From: a virus | Lineage: Duplodnaviria > Caudoviricetes | IMG/VR virus record: IMGVR_UViG_3300025875_000021 | Span: 1 to 63,293 of that record | Direction: 5' to 3' (one strand) | DNA: 63,293 nucleotides | Notes under the pieces: model-generated | What the model was told of the DNA's origin: nothing | The model's database searches: none | The model's input: only the letters and a program-made list of their open reading frames with translations | Part shown: positions 18,545 through 27,316 of the stretch, piece by piece | Layout of the letters: each line of letters starts with the position of its first letter | Numbering within the stretch: position 1 is the stretch's first letter | Program-made: the position numbers and the translations under genes

Positions 18545-18747
18545 TGATCGAGATCCTGCTCGTCCTCATCCTCCTGGTGTTGATCTGGATCGGAGTCATC
18601 CTGCTCAACCACAGCAAGAACTTCGTGGCGGTTGCGGAAGGCCACTTCAAGGACATGACCGAACTGCGCCACTGCAAGTTCTGCGGGATCAAGTCGATCC
18701 TGGACCAGACACGCGAGATCCACTACCGCAACAGCGTCAAGTCGTAG
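18544..18747 (+). CDS. Small membrane protein
   Basis: TGATG coupling; MIEILLVLILLVLIWIGVILL. Confidence 0.7.
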   Translation: MIEILLVLILLVLIWIGVILLNHSKNFVAVAEGHFKDMTELRHCKFCGIKSILDQTREIHYRNSVKS

Positions 18748-18806
18748 TACCAAGCTCAACAACTTCATATCTCAACCCAACCCATCTAGTCTCTGAAGGA
18801 GACATC

Positions 18807-19094
18807 ATGTCCATCGCGACCATGCTCGAGACCGCCACCAAGATCTCCCCGCTGAACGTCCCCGCCCGTCCGGTCGTCGACGAGTCCTACACCATCCAGG
18901 GTGTCCGCGTCGTCGACATCCAGCCCAACCAGATCCAGCAGGGCGACGTCATCGTCGAGCGCGGCACCCGCAAGGCCAGCCTGACCGAGGTCAAGTCCGT
19001 CGACCTGGCCGGCTGCTCCGCACCGAACAGCACGCACGTGAACGGCAACAACTGCTACGACGGCACGGCGCCGGTCGCGATCGCGATCGGCTAG
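18807..19094 (+). CDS. Hypothetical protein
   Basis: RBS aaggag. Confidence 0.8.
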   Translation: MSIATMLETATKISPLNVPARPVVDESYTIQGVRVVDIQPNQIQQGDVIVERGTRKASLTEVKSVDLAGCSAPNSTHVNGNNCYDGTAPVAIAIG

Positions 19095-19099
19095 CCCCC

Positions 19100-19530
19100 A
19101 AGCACCGACGAGATCCCCGTGGTCGGAAGGGGACAAACAACTCGTCGCGGGTATGACGACCCATATCCGTAGGAGAGTCCCGAGCCTGGCTAAACAGGGA
19201 CCTACACGTGGATGCTAGTACGAGGTCAATTGATGACCGGCGTGTAGTAGGGCCTATAAGTCTCAATCGGCAGAGCGGGCGGACCCGAAAGGTGCGCTGA
19301 GGTCCGGGTTCGAATCCCGGTAGGCCCACGTTATCGTGAAAGCGAAGCTGTGTTACGGATGACCTTGAGGAGAAGCGTATCGCTAAGGCGAGCGTGGATT
19401 AAGGGACTATCAACCGTAGCTAAAACCCAGTCCCACCACCTGCCTTCGGCACCAGAACTCTCGATAGACTGAGAGGGGTGATTAGGGACCGCAAGGGTCA
19501 TGACCCGGATTTGCTGCGGGTCACGCAATA
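19100..19530 (+). ncRNA. Candidate large structured non-coding RNA
   Basis: ~470-nt gap without a credible ORF in a densely packed genome; consecutive helices with GNRA/UUCG loops; embedded tRNA-like fold. Confidence 0.6.
19250..19328 (+). tRNA. tRNA-like element with non-canonical anticodon arm (no assignable isotype)
   Basis: Acceptor GGGCCTA/TAGGCCC+A; T-arm CCGGG-TTCGAAT-CCCGG; D-like CTC-AATCGGCA-GAG; 21-nt anticodon arm; no encoded CCA. Confidence 0.65.
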
Positions 19531-19567
19531 CCCATCATGCACCAACAACCTCTGAAGGAGTCCTATC

Positions 19568-19750
19568 ATGTCCGAGACCACCGTCACCACCACTGTCCCC
19601 GCGCTCAACCAGAACGCCGCCGGTCTGGCCGCCATTCGTGACTTCTTCGGCATGGGCGGAGCGGAGTTCCGCGCGGACTACACCAAGCTGTCCGACACCG
19701 ACAAGATCCAGCTGCGCAACGGGATCGGTGACGGCACGCTGAACTACTAG
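19568..19750 (+). CDS. Small hypothetical protein
   Basis: RBS aaggag; IRDFFG..F..Y.KLS..DK.QL..GI.DGTL.Y. Confidence 0.8.
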   Translation: MSETTVTTTVPALNQNAAGLAAIRDFFGMGGAEFRADYTKLSDTDKIQLRNGIGDGTLNY

Positions 19751-19826
19751 CAGTAGCGTCAGAGCTCCGCGGTGGGTGAAAGATATGTGGCTACACTGCC
19801 TCACATACACTTTCGCCCACCGCGGT

Positions 19827-19850
19827 CTGATACAAGCCCTATCAGTTTTT
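19827..19850 (+). terminator. Intrinsic terminator
   Basis: ctgata-caagccc-tatcag followed by ttttt. Confidence 0.65.
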
Positions 19851-19878
19851 GCCACCCAATACCAGGAAATGGAGCATT

Positions 19879-20070
19879 ATGAACATCGACAAGGGCATTG
19901 AGGACAGCAAGGCCTGGAAGACTCAGCAGGCCAAGGACACTGACACTCCAGCCGTCAGCGTGTGCCGGGCTTGTGGACAGAAGATCTACTACTGGCACTG
20001 CACAGAGGCTGGTTGCCCGTGGTGTAGGCCGTGCGGCCTTATTCTCAAGGAGAAGATGAAGGGGTCCTAA
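19879..20070 (+). CDS. Small Zn-finger-like protein
   Basis: CRAC..HC....CPWCRPC; RBS ggag. Confidence 0.65.
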   Translation: MNIDKGIEDSKAWKTQQAKDTDTPAVSVCRACGQKIYYWHCTEAGCPWCRPCGLILKEKMKGS

Positions 20071-20249
20071 TGGACGAGTATGAGATGCAGGCCTTCGAGC
20101 TTGAGAAACTCTGGCGAGAGAAGAGACGGGCTCGAGGTCGTAAGGAGTTGAAGCGCCCTTTGGGTGTTGGTAGGCTTCGCCGACTCAGTAGAACATATCG
20201 TCCGCCAATTCACAAACTCGACCCTGATGCTTACTACACCCTACCTTAA
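20070..20249 (+). CDS. Small basic hypothetical protein
   Basis: TAATG coupling. Confidence 0.55.
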   Translation: MDEYEMQAFELEKLWREKRRARGRKELKRPLGVGRLRRLSRTYRPPIHKLDPDAYYTLP

Positions 20250-20261
20250 GGAGGTGAGAAA

Positions 20262-21491
20262 GTGGATGCTTCGGACCCGAGGTACCTCAATGAGCAGCAG
20301 CGGAAAGCCGTATCCGAGCTGGACAACGGAAAGATCCTTTTTGGAGATGTTGGGTCTGGGAAGACCCGTACCGCGGTCGCTTATTACCTACAACAGGAGG
20401 CGCCTAGAGACGTCTACGTCATCACCACAGCCAAGAAAAGAGACAGCCTAGACTGGGAGCACGACTTCGTAGTCAACGGCGTTTACAAGTCAACTGAGAC
20501 CACTGCACAGGGTATCCTGACGGTCGACAGTTGGAACAATGTAGACAAGTACCGCAACGTGCACGGAGCATTCTTCATATTCGACGAGCAGAGATTGGTT
20601 GGATCAGGTGCCTGGACAAAAGCCTTCCTCAAGATTGCAAAGCGCAACCACTGGATTCTCCTTACTGCCACTCCCGGGGACACTTGGCTTGAGTACATCC
20701 CGGTATTCGTTGCAAACGGCTTCTATGCGAACCGAACTCAGTTCAAGCGAGAGCACGTCATCTACTCTCCTTACTCCAAGTTCCCCAAAGTCGACCGTTA
20801 CGTGGGTACTGGCAAACTGGTCCGACAACGCAATGCACTTCTCGTTGAAATGCCTGTTGCTCGCCATACGACGCGGATGGCTCACCGAGTCCGAGTGGAG
20901 TATGATGCGGATCTGATGAAGCGGGTGGTGAACGACCTCTGGCATATCTATGAGGACCGCCCCCTGAATGACAGAGCAGAGCTGTACTCGGTGTCCCGCA
21001 GGATTGCCTACTCCGATCCGAGCCGTCTTGCGGAGGTTCGGGCTGTGTTGCGGGAGCGGCCGAGGCTTATTGTGTTCTACAACTTCGACTACGAACTGGA
21101 GATTCTCCGTGGACTCAGTGACGATTCAACACTGGAAGTGGCAGAATGGAACGGTCACAAACACCAAGCACTTCCTACCTCAGGTCGATGGGTGTACCTC
21201 GTGCAGTACACCGCGGGTGCAGAGGGATGGAATTGTACGACGACTGATGCGACTCTTTTCTACTCACTGAACTACTCGTACAAGATCACCCACCAGGCAC
21301 ACGGGCGAATTGACCGACTCAACACGCCGTTTACGGACCTGCACTACTACACCCTGAGGAGTGATGCGTGGATCGACAAGGCCGTTTGGCGAGCCTTGAC
21401 TGGTAAGAAGAGCTTCAACGAGGGTGCTTTTGCCCGAAAAGTGCCTCGAATTGCCTCTCTACCTGTCAAGTCTGCCAAAAACGAGGCCTAA
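20262..21491 (+). CDS. SF2 (SNF2-like) DNA helicase
   Basis: [36 protein letters not shown]. Confidence 0.9.
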   Translation: MDASDPRYLNEQQRKAVSELDNGKILFGDVGSGKTRTAVAYYLQQEAPRDVYVITTAKKRDSLDWEHDFVVNGVYKSTETTAQGILTVDSWNNVDKYRNVHGAFFIFDEQRLVGSGAWTKAFLKIAKRNHWILLTATPGDTWLEYIPVFVANGFYANRTQFKREHVIYSPYSKFPKVDRYVGTGKLVRQRNALLVEMPVARHTTRMAHRVRVEYDADLMKRVVNDLWHIYEDRPLNDRAELYSVSRRIAYSDPSRLAEVRAVLRERPRLIVFYNFDYELEILRGLSDDSTLEVAEWNGHKHQALPTSGRWVYLVQYTAGAEGWNCTTTDATLFYSLNYSYKITHQAHGRIDRLNTPFTDLHYYTLRSDAWIDKAVWRALTGKKSFNEGAFARKVPRIASLPVKSAKNEA

Positions 21492-21597
21492 AACCTTTCC
21501 CAGAATGGTCTATAAAATACCATTAATGGAAACATGGTATTTTGTAGAGCCTCTAGAGAGTTTTTTCCGTCATAAATCTTGGCAAGATCGGAGTCTC

Positions 21598-22098
21598 ATG
21601 AACTGGAGCAAAATCGAGGAGTTCGCCGACTACAGTGTGAGTGATGAGGGACTGATACGAAGCGACCGCTACGAGCGGTTTCGCAACATATCTCGCACAG
21701 CACAGGGTGCTGCTAAGGTCACCCTCTTCAAGGAAGACCAGGCGTTCACCAGGTCGGTCGCACTACTGGTCGCTACTGCCTTCGTCTGGAACGATTACGA
21801 TCCAGCTATATTCAACACCCCAATCCATCTGAACAACGACCTCATGGACAACCGTGCATGCAACCTAGCCTGGCGTCCTCGATGGTTCGCACTCAAGTAC
21901 CAGAAGCAGTACTACTCAGAGCACTACCGTTTCGCTACCACTCGAGTGGTGGACATTGAGACGGGAATCTGCTATCGCAACCTAGTAGAGCCCTGCCAGG
22001 AGTTCGGGGTTCTGTACGTGGACGTACTCAGGGCCTGCACATCAGGAGGGTATGTGTTCCCTACATGGAAGGAATTCGTATACGGTCCAAAAGACTAA
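21598..22098 (+). CDS. NUMOD4/HNH homing-endonuclease-like protein
   Basis: WSKIEEF..YSVSDEG, VALLVATAFV, IHLNNDLMDNRACNLAW. Confidence 0.8.
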   Translation: MNWSKIEEFADYSVSDEGLIRSDRYERFRNISRTAQGAAKVTLFKEDQAFTRSVALLVATAFVWNDYDPAIFNTPIHLNNDLMDNRACNLAWRPRWFALKYQKQYYSEHYRFATTRVVDIETGICYRNLVEPCQEFGVLYVDVLRACTSGGYVFPTWKEFVYGPKD

Positions 22099-22110
22099 AG
22101 TGGTAAGAGT

Positions 22111-22140
22111 ACGTGCTCAATACATGGCCTATAATAGAAG
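22111..22140 (+). promoter_or_regulatory. Divergent copy of the promoter motif, upstream of the nuclease-RNAP operon
   Basis: ACGTGCtcaatacatggccTATAATagaag; same 13-nt spacing and catggcc core. Confidence 0.65.
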
Positions 22141-22182
22141 GGGGAAGATCAAGCCTTCTCATTTTCAGCCTTTGGAGGGGCC

Positions 22183-22485
22183 GTGTCACTCGAAAGTGAT
22201 TACCAACTGGATTTGAAGAAGAGGATCGAGACCGTTATTTTGCCAGGCTCGGTTGTACTAAAGAACGATGCCAACTGGCGACAGGGTATTCCAGATCTGA
22301 CTGTGCTATGGCGCAGGCACTGGGGTATCCTTGAGGTCAAGATCAACGCAAGGGCTCCGTATCGACCAAACCAGGAATGGTATCTGGAGAAGTTCGACGG
22401 TATGTCCTTCTCGGCTACAATCTACCCCGAGAATGAAGAGGAGGTTCTCCGTGCGCTTGAACAGGCATTCCGAGCTCGCAGGTAG
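22183..22485 (+). CDS. VRR-NUC / PD-(D/E)XK nuclease
   Basis: ESDYQ, QGIPDL, LEVK, RPNQEWYL. Confidence 0.8.
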   Translation: MSLESDYQLDLKKRIETVILPGSVVLKNDANWRQGIPDLTVLWRRHWGILEVKINARAPYRPNQEWYLEKFDGMSFSATIYPENEEEVLRALEQAFRARR

Positions 22486-23014
22486 ACACGCCTTCATGAG
22501 CGCTAGTAGTGGCGCTTGGCTGAACTACGATGACGAAAAGCTCGAGCGAGTCTATATTGCTAAGATGGCGGCCCAACGGGGAACCGACCTGCATGCCTGG
22601 GCTGCTGAGACGATTCGTCTTGGCGTGCGTCAGGCTGAGAACGGTACCACCCTGAATCTTTACGTCAACGACTGTATCGGATTCAAGATGAATCCCGAGC
22701 AGCCAGTAGCATATTCACGTAACGCGTTCGGTACTGCAGATGCTCTGGGTTTTAGGCAGAACATCCTTCGGATCTTTGATCTCAAGACTGGGGTCATCGC
22801 AGTTACCAAGCCGCGTCAACTCGAGATCTACGCCGCATATTTCTGCCTCGAATACGAGGTGAGTCCGTTTGATCTCGATGAGATCGATCTCCGGATCTAC
22901 CAGAGCGATGAGTGTAAGTCATGGGCCGCTAACCCCATGGATATTCATCTGATCATGCAGCAGGTAGTACACAAGGACAAGATCATCGAGAAGCAGCGGG
23001 AGGAGTTGGAGTGA
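22451..23014 (+). CDS. RecB/Cas4-like PD-(D/E)XK exonuclease
   Basis: GTG 22451 after gaggagg; GTDLHAWA, FGTADA, IFDLKTG, QLEIYA. Confidence 0.8.
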   Translation: MRLNRHSELAGRHAFMSASSGAWLNYDDEKLERVYIAKMAAQRGTDLHAWAAETIRLGVRQAENGTTLNLYVNDCIGFKMNPEQPVAYSRNAFGTADALGFRQNILRIFDLKTGVIAVTKPRQLEIYAAYFCLEYEVSPFDLDEIDLRIYQSDECKSWAANPMDIHLIMQQVVHKDKIIEKQREELE

Positions 23015-25764
23015 TCCTTACTGAGGACCAGCTCGCGCACTACGGCATTCTTCGGAAGTCAGGACGATATCCTTGGGGATCTGGTGGTCCTGAGGAGGCT
23101 AGCAACGCAGGCTTCTTGGGGCTGATCGACAAGCTCAAGAAGGAAGGTCTCACGGAGCCTGAGATCGCCAAGTACCTGTCCACTGACGAGCACCCAGTTA
23201 CGACCACTTCTCTTCGTGCAGCAAAGTCAATTGCAACCAACGAAGAGCGTGCTTCCCGTATCGCTCAGGTTCAGCGGATGCACGACAAGGGTATGTCTAA
23301 TGGCGCCATCGCAGAGCGACTCGGTATTGCGAACGAGTCCTCAGTTAGGTCCCTCCTGCAGGCAGGAGCCCAGGACAAGGCTGACCAGCTCCAGTCTGTT
23401 GCTTCCATGCTCGAGCGCCAAGTGGCAGACAAGCAGTTTGTCGATATTGGTACTGGTGTAGCCCAGCAGCTCGGTCTTTCAGAGTCTCGTCTCGCTACTG
23501 CGGTTGAGATTCTTAAGCAGAAGGACTACACTGTCCAAAACGTTCAGGTAGATCAGGTTGGCATGGGCCCTGGGAACAAGACCACGGTCAAGGTGCTAGC
23601 CCCTCCTGGTACGACCTATCGCGATATTGTGACTCAGAAGGACAAGATCTCACAGATCAACGAGTTCTCTGATGACGGTGGTCGCACCATGAAGCTTATG
23701 CAGCCTCCTATGAGTATCGACTCAAAGCGGGTTGCAGTCAAGTACGGCGAGGACGGCGGAGACAAGGCTGACGGTGTCATCTACGTTCGCCCAGGCGTTG
23801 ATGATATTTCAATCGGCGCTAACCGCTATGCTCAGGTACGCATTGCGGTTGATGGTACTCACTTCCTGAAGGGTATGGCCGTCTACAAGGACGACCTTCC
23901 TGACGGTGTGGACCTGATGTTCAACACCAACAAGAGCAACAAGGGCGACAAGCTTGCAGCCATGAAGCCTATGAAGGCGGAAGAAGACAATCCGTTCGGT
24001 GCCATGGTTAGACAGCGTCTCGGCCCGGACGGTAAGCCAAACTCCGTGATGAACATCGTCGGCATCAAGGAAGGCTCAGGTGAGGAAGGCGCTTGGGAGA
24101 TGTGGTCTAAGAACCTGTCTACCCAGATGCTTTCTAAGCAGAGCCCCCAGCTGATCAGGGAACAGCTGGATATCACGTATGAGCGAAAGAAGCGAGAGCT
24201 TGATGAAATTCGAGCTCTAACGAACCCGACTGTTCGTACAAAGCTTCTCGATTCCTTCGCTGATGGCGCTGACTCTGCAGCTGTGCACCTCAAGGCTGCA
24301 GCTCTGCCACGTCAGTCGACTCGCGTTATTCTTCCCGGAGCCTCGGTCAAGGACAACGAGATCTACGCTCCTGGTTTCAAGAACGGTGAGCGTGTCGTTC
24401 TGATCCGATATCCTCACGCGGGTGTGTTCGAGGTTCCCGAGCTAACGGTAAATAACCGTAATCGTGAAGGCCTCAACACGATTGGCAAGGATGCCAAGGA
24501 CGCGGTCTTGATTAACCACAAGACGGCTCAGAAGATGTCTGGTGCCGACTTCGATGGCGATACGGTCATTGTTATTCCAAACAACAATGGCAAGATTCGT
24601 ACAGCACCCGCACTCCAGGGACTCAAGGGCTTCGATCCTCAGCGCGCATATCCTGCGTACGATGGAATGAAGACGATGGGTGGCGGAAAGTGGGACGCAG
24701 CCAAGGGACGTGAGGTATATCCTGAAGGCAAGGGTCCCTCTGGTAGGACCAAGGGCATGCAGATGGGCATGGTATCCAACCTTATCACGGATATGACGAT
24801 CCGTGGTGCTAGCATGGAGGAAATGGCACGAGCTGTTCGTCACTCCATGGTGGTCATCGATGCTGAGAAGCACTCGCTGAACTGGAAGGAATCGGCCAAG
24901 GCAAACGGTATATCTGCCCTGACCGCAAAATATCAGCCCCGTGATGACGGTCGTACCACAGGTGGTGCATCAACCCTTATATCTAGGGCTGGTTCTGAGA
25001 CGAGGATTGATAAGCGTCGGCTTCGTCCTGCCCAAGATGGCGGTCCTGTTGACTCAATGACAGGCAAGAAGGTGTACGTCAACACCGGTGAGTCATATCA
25101 GGATAAGCAGGGACGCACGGTCATGCGTAAGGAGTCCATCGAGAAGCTGGCCCTAACGGATGACGCACGCACCTTATCTTCGGGTACTGTGCAGGAGACT
25201 GCTTACGCTACCCACAGCAACCGACTCAAGGCCCTGGCTAACGAGGCACGTAAGGAGACCCTGGGGGTGCCGCGTGTTCCTTACTCCCCCTCTGCTAAGA
25301 AGACGTATGCTGCTGAGGTCGAGGCTCTGAATGCCAAGCTGAATACGGCTATCCGGAACCGCCCCCTCGAACGACAGGCCCAGGTCCTGGCAAGCACCCA
25401 GGTGCAGCTGAAGCGGCAGTCTAATCCAGACATGGATAGGGCTACAGTGAAGAAGGTCGAGACCATGGCCCTCACTGAGGCCCGTCTTCGTACCGGTGCA
25501 CAGCGTCAGCTCATCGACATCACAGAGAACGAATGGAAGGCCATTCAGGCTGGTGCTATTACCAATGCCAAGCTAGAGGCCATCCTACAGAAGGCAGACC
25601 TAGACCAGGTCAAGCAGTATGCCATGCCACGTGAGGCACCTGTGATGTCTAGTTCTATGGCTACTAGGGCACGCAGTATGTCTAAGTCTGGGTATGATCA
25701 GGCTGAGATTGCTGAGGCTCTTGGTGTGTCACTCACTACTCTGAAGACCAGTCTCGCTGACTGA
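23011..25764 (+). CDS. Putative single-chain two-barrel (DPBB) RNA polymerase with HTH domains
   Basis: FLKGM, LIRYPH (RYP at 24406), MSGADFDGD (DFDGD at 24547-24561), GMVSNLITD..HSMVVIDAEK; HTH-like segments at both termini. Confidence 0.75.
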   Translation: MILTEDQLAHYGILRKSGRYPWGSGGPEEASNAGFLGLIDKLKKEGLTEPEIAKYLSTDEHPVTTTSLRAAKSIATNEERASRIAQVQRMHDKGMSNGAIAERLGIANESSVRSLLQAGAQDKADQLQSVASMLERQVADKQFVDIGTGVAQQLGLSESRLATAVEILKQKDYTVQNVQVDQVGMGPGNKTTVKVLAPPGTTYRDIVTQKDKISQINEFSDDGGRTMKLMQPPMSIDSKRVAVKYGEDGGDKADGVIYVRPGVDDISIGANRYAQVRIAVDGTHFLKGMAVYKDDLPDGVDLMFNTNKSNKGDKLAAMKPMKAEEDNPFGAMVRQRLGPDGKPNSVMNIVGIKEGSGEEGAWEMWSKNLSTQMLSKQSPQLIREQLDITYERKKRELDEIRALTNPTVRTKLLDSFADGADSAAVHLKAAALPRQSTRVILPGASVKDNEIYAPGFKNGERVVLIRYPHAGVFEVPELTVNNRNREGLNTIGKDAKDAVLINHKTAQKMSGADFDGDTVIVIPNNNGKIRTAPALQGLKGFDPQRAYPAYDGMKTMGGGKWDAAKGREVYPEGKGPSGRTKGMQMGMVSNLITDMTIRGASMEEMARAVRHSMVVIDAEKHSLNWKESAKANGISALTAKYQPRDDGRTTGGASTLISRAGSETRIDKRRLRPAQDGGPVDSMTGKKVYVNTGESYQDKQGRTVMRKESIEKLALTDDARTLSSGTVQETAYATHSNRLKALANEARKETLGVPRVPYSPSAKKTYAAEVEALNAKLNTAIRNRPLERQAQVLASTQVQLKRQSNPDMDRATVKKVETMALTEARLRTGAQRQLIDITENEWKAIQAGAITNAKLEAILQKADLDQVKQYAMPREAPVMSSSMATRARSMSKSGYDQAEIAEALGVSLTTLKTSLAD

Positions 25765-25783
25765 TAGGAAAGGAAGGAACGTC

Positions 25784-26050
25784 ATGCAAGAACACATGCT
25801 CAGCACTATCGACAATCCTTACAATCCATTCACTCAGTTCGATGAGTGGTTTGCTTTCGATACACGAAGTGGTTACAACACTTGTGGATTGTTAGCACGG
25901 ATTGCCGTCACCTCGGACGATCTGTCTGATGGTGATCAATCCTTGGCCTACGAGCAGGCTGTCAACGAGATTATGGAGTTCAACGTCACTGGCATGTTCA
26001 TCAGGGTGACACCGGACTACGTGCCTCGTGTGAGACTTGCTGCAGTGTGA
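25784..26050 (+). CDS. Conserved hypothetical protein following the RNAP-like gene
   Basis: MLSTIDNPYNPFTQFDEW..GYNTCGLLARIA; strong RBS. Confidence 0.8.
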   Translation: MQEHMLSTIDNPYNPFTQFDEWFAFDTRSGYNTCGLLARIAVTSDDLSDGDQSLAYEQAVNEIMEFNVTGMFIRVTPDYVPRVRLAAV

Positions 26051-26086
26051 GTTCTAGGTAATCCGCTGCAGTCGTAGGTTACAAAC

Positions 26087-26130
26087 ACAGACCAACCGAA
26101 CCCAACTTCCCTGGGGTTCGGTTGGTCTGT
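26087..26130. terminator. Perfect 17-bp inverted repeat ending the early/middle operon
   Basis: acagaccaaccgaaccc / gggttcggttggtctgt. Confidence 0.7.
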
Positions 26131-26200
26131 CATAACAACTAAACATGGACTCTTAATTTTTGCGCGGAAACTTTCAGAGTCTCGAAGTTCAAAGAGGGGG

Positions 26201-26275
26201 GAGGGGGGTCCCCGCGAAACCGGACCCCCCTCTGCATCGCCGCCCCGATCCATATTTCCCCGGGGGTCATATTTG
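26201..26275. other. Candidate cos / packaging-start region
   Basis: Non-coding gap before small terminase and HNH; 11-bp IR 26201-26232; CGCCGCCCC at 26238-26246; CATATTT twice. Confidence 0.55.
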
Positions 26276-26340
26276 AGCAAAAGTTTCATGATCATCGGGC
26301 CGGGAAGGTAGGGGGAAGTCCCTGGAAAGGAGTTAGAACT

Positions 26341-26700
26341 GTGCCAGCCAGGCGAGTAAACGATCAGAACGATGTCGCAACACTTCGGCCTGCGGCCACT
26401 ACTCCTCAGCGTAGAGAGAATCAGCTCACTGAACTAGCCTGGGAGCTAGCAGAGAAGCAGATTCGCGATGGAACGGCCTCCGCACAGGTGATTTCTCACT
26501 TCCTCAAGATGGGCTCGAGTCGAGAGCAGCTTGAGCAGCAGAGATTGCGCCACGAGAACGAGCTAACCCAAGCCAAGATCGCTGGTATGGCCGCTGTCGA
26601 GCGCATCGAGCAGAAGTACGACGCCGCACTGAAGGCTATGCGCCGTTATTCAGGTCAGGACGAACCAGAGGCGGAGCCAGTCACTGAGGAGTACCAGTGA
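26341..26700 (+). CDS. Putative terminase small subunit
   Basis: First gene of the late arm; RENQL..LA..LAEKQIRDGTASAQVI; call is positional. Confidence 0.55.
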   Translation: MPARRVNDQNDVATLRPAATTPQRRENQLTELAWELAEKQIRDGTASAQVISHFLKMGSSREQLEQQRLRHENELTQAKIAGMAAVERIEQKYDAALKAMRRYSGQDEPEAEPVTEEYQ

Positions 26701-27104
26701 TTCGAGTTTACAGAGAGCTACGACGCCGGGAGACCTTTGAGGACCGGTTTGAGTACTTGAAACTAAGCGGCGACGTCGGTAGATCCACATTCGGATTCGA
26801 TCGACACATCAATCAGCGGTTCTATCGGTCAAGGCAGTGGAAGCAGGTCCGACAGTACGTCATTGCAAGAGATCTAGGTCTTGACCTTGGCGTTGACGGC
26901 TATGAGATCCACACTGAGATCTTGATTCACCACATGAATCCGATTTCTGCTCAAGACATCATGCAAGGTGACGAGTCGATCCTCGATCCCGAGTTCCTCA
27001 TCACCACAACGCACAAAACCCACAATGCTATTCACTACGGCGACGCCAGCCTCCTTCCGGGGCTTGTTGTCGAACGCCGACCGGGAGATACCCGGCTCTG
27101 GTGA
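26697..27104 (+). CDS. HNH endonuclease (packaging-associated)
   Basis: FYRSRQWKQVR..RD, IHHMNP, THKTHNAIH. Confidence 0.85.
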   Translation: MIRVYRELRRRETFEDRFEYLKLSGDVGRSTFGFDRHINQRFYRSRQWKQVRQYVIARDLGLDLGVDGYEIHTEILIHHMNPISAQDIMQGDESILDPEFLITTTHKTHNAIHYGDASLLPGLVVERRPGDTRLW

Positions 27105-27118
27105 TCCAAGGAGGAACG

Positions 27119-27316
27119 ATGTACGGAGCATACCGCGCCACCGAGGAGCGACTCCTCACCACGCCCGATCTCGACGACATTCCTGAGGATGAGTCCGCTG
27201 AGCCTCTCGATGCTGACGTTCAGCACCTCGCAACCAACGAGGAGGTCGACGAGCTGCTCGAGCTGGAGGAGGCCACGGCCCCCGATCCAACCACTGACAA
27301 GGAGGATGACGCATGA
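27119..27316 (+). CDS. Small acidic protein
   Basis: RBS ggagg; coupled to the lysin gene. Confidence 0.6.
   Translation: MYGAYRATEERLLTTPDLDDIPEDESAEPLDADVQHLATNEEVDELLELEEATAPDPTTDKEDDA

Noticed and set aside
19350-19440. Group I intron (GGGACTA..AGTCCC resembles P7 with a P3-like pseudoknot)
   Set aside because: No interrupted gene, no room for P8, and P4-P6 consensus not recognisable; kept only as part of the ncRNA candidate
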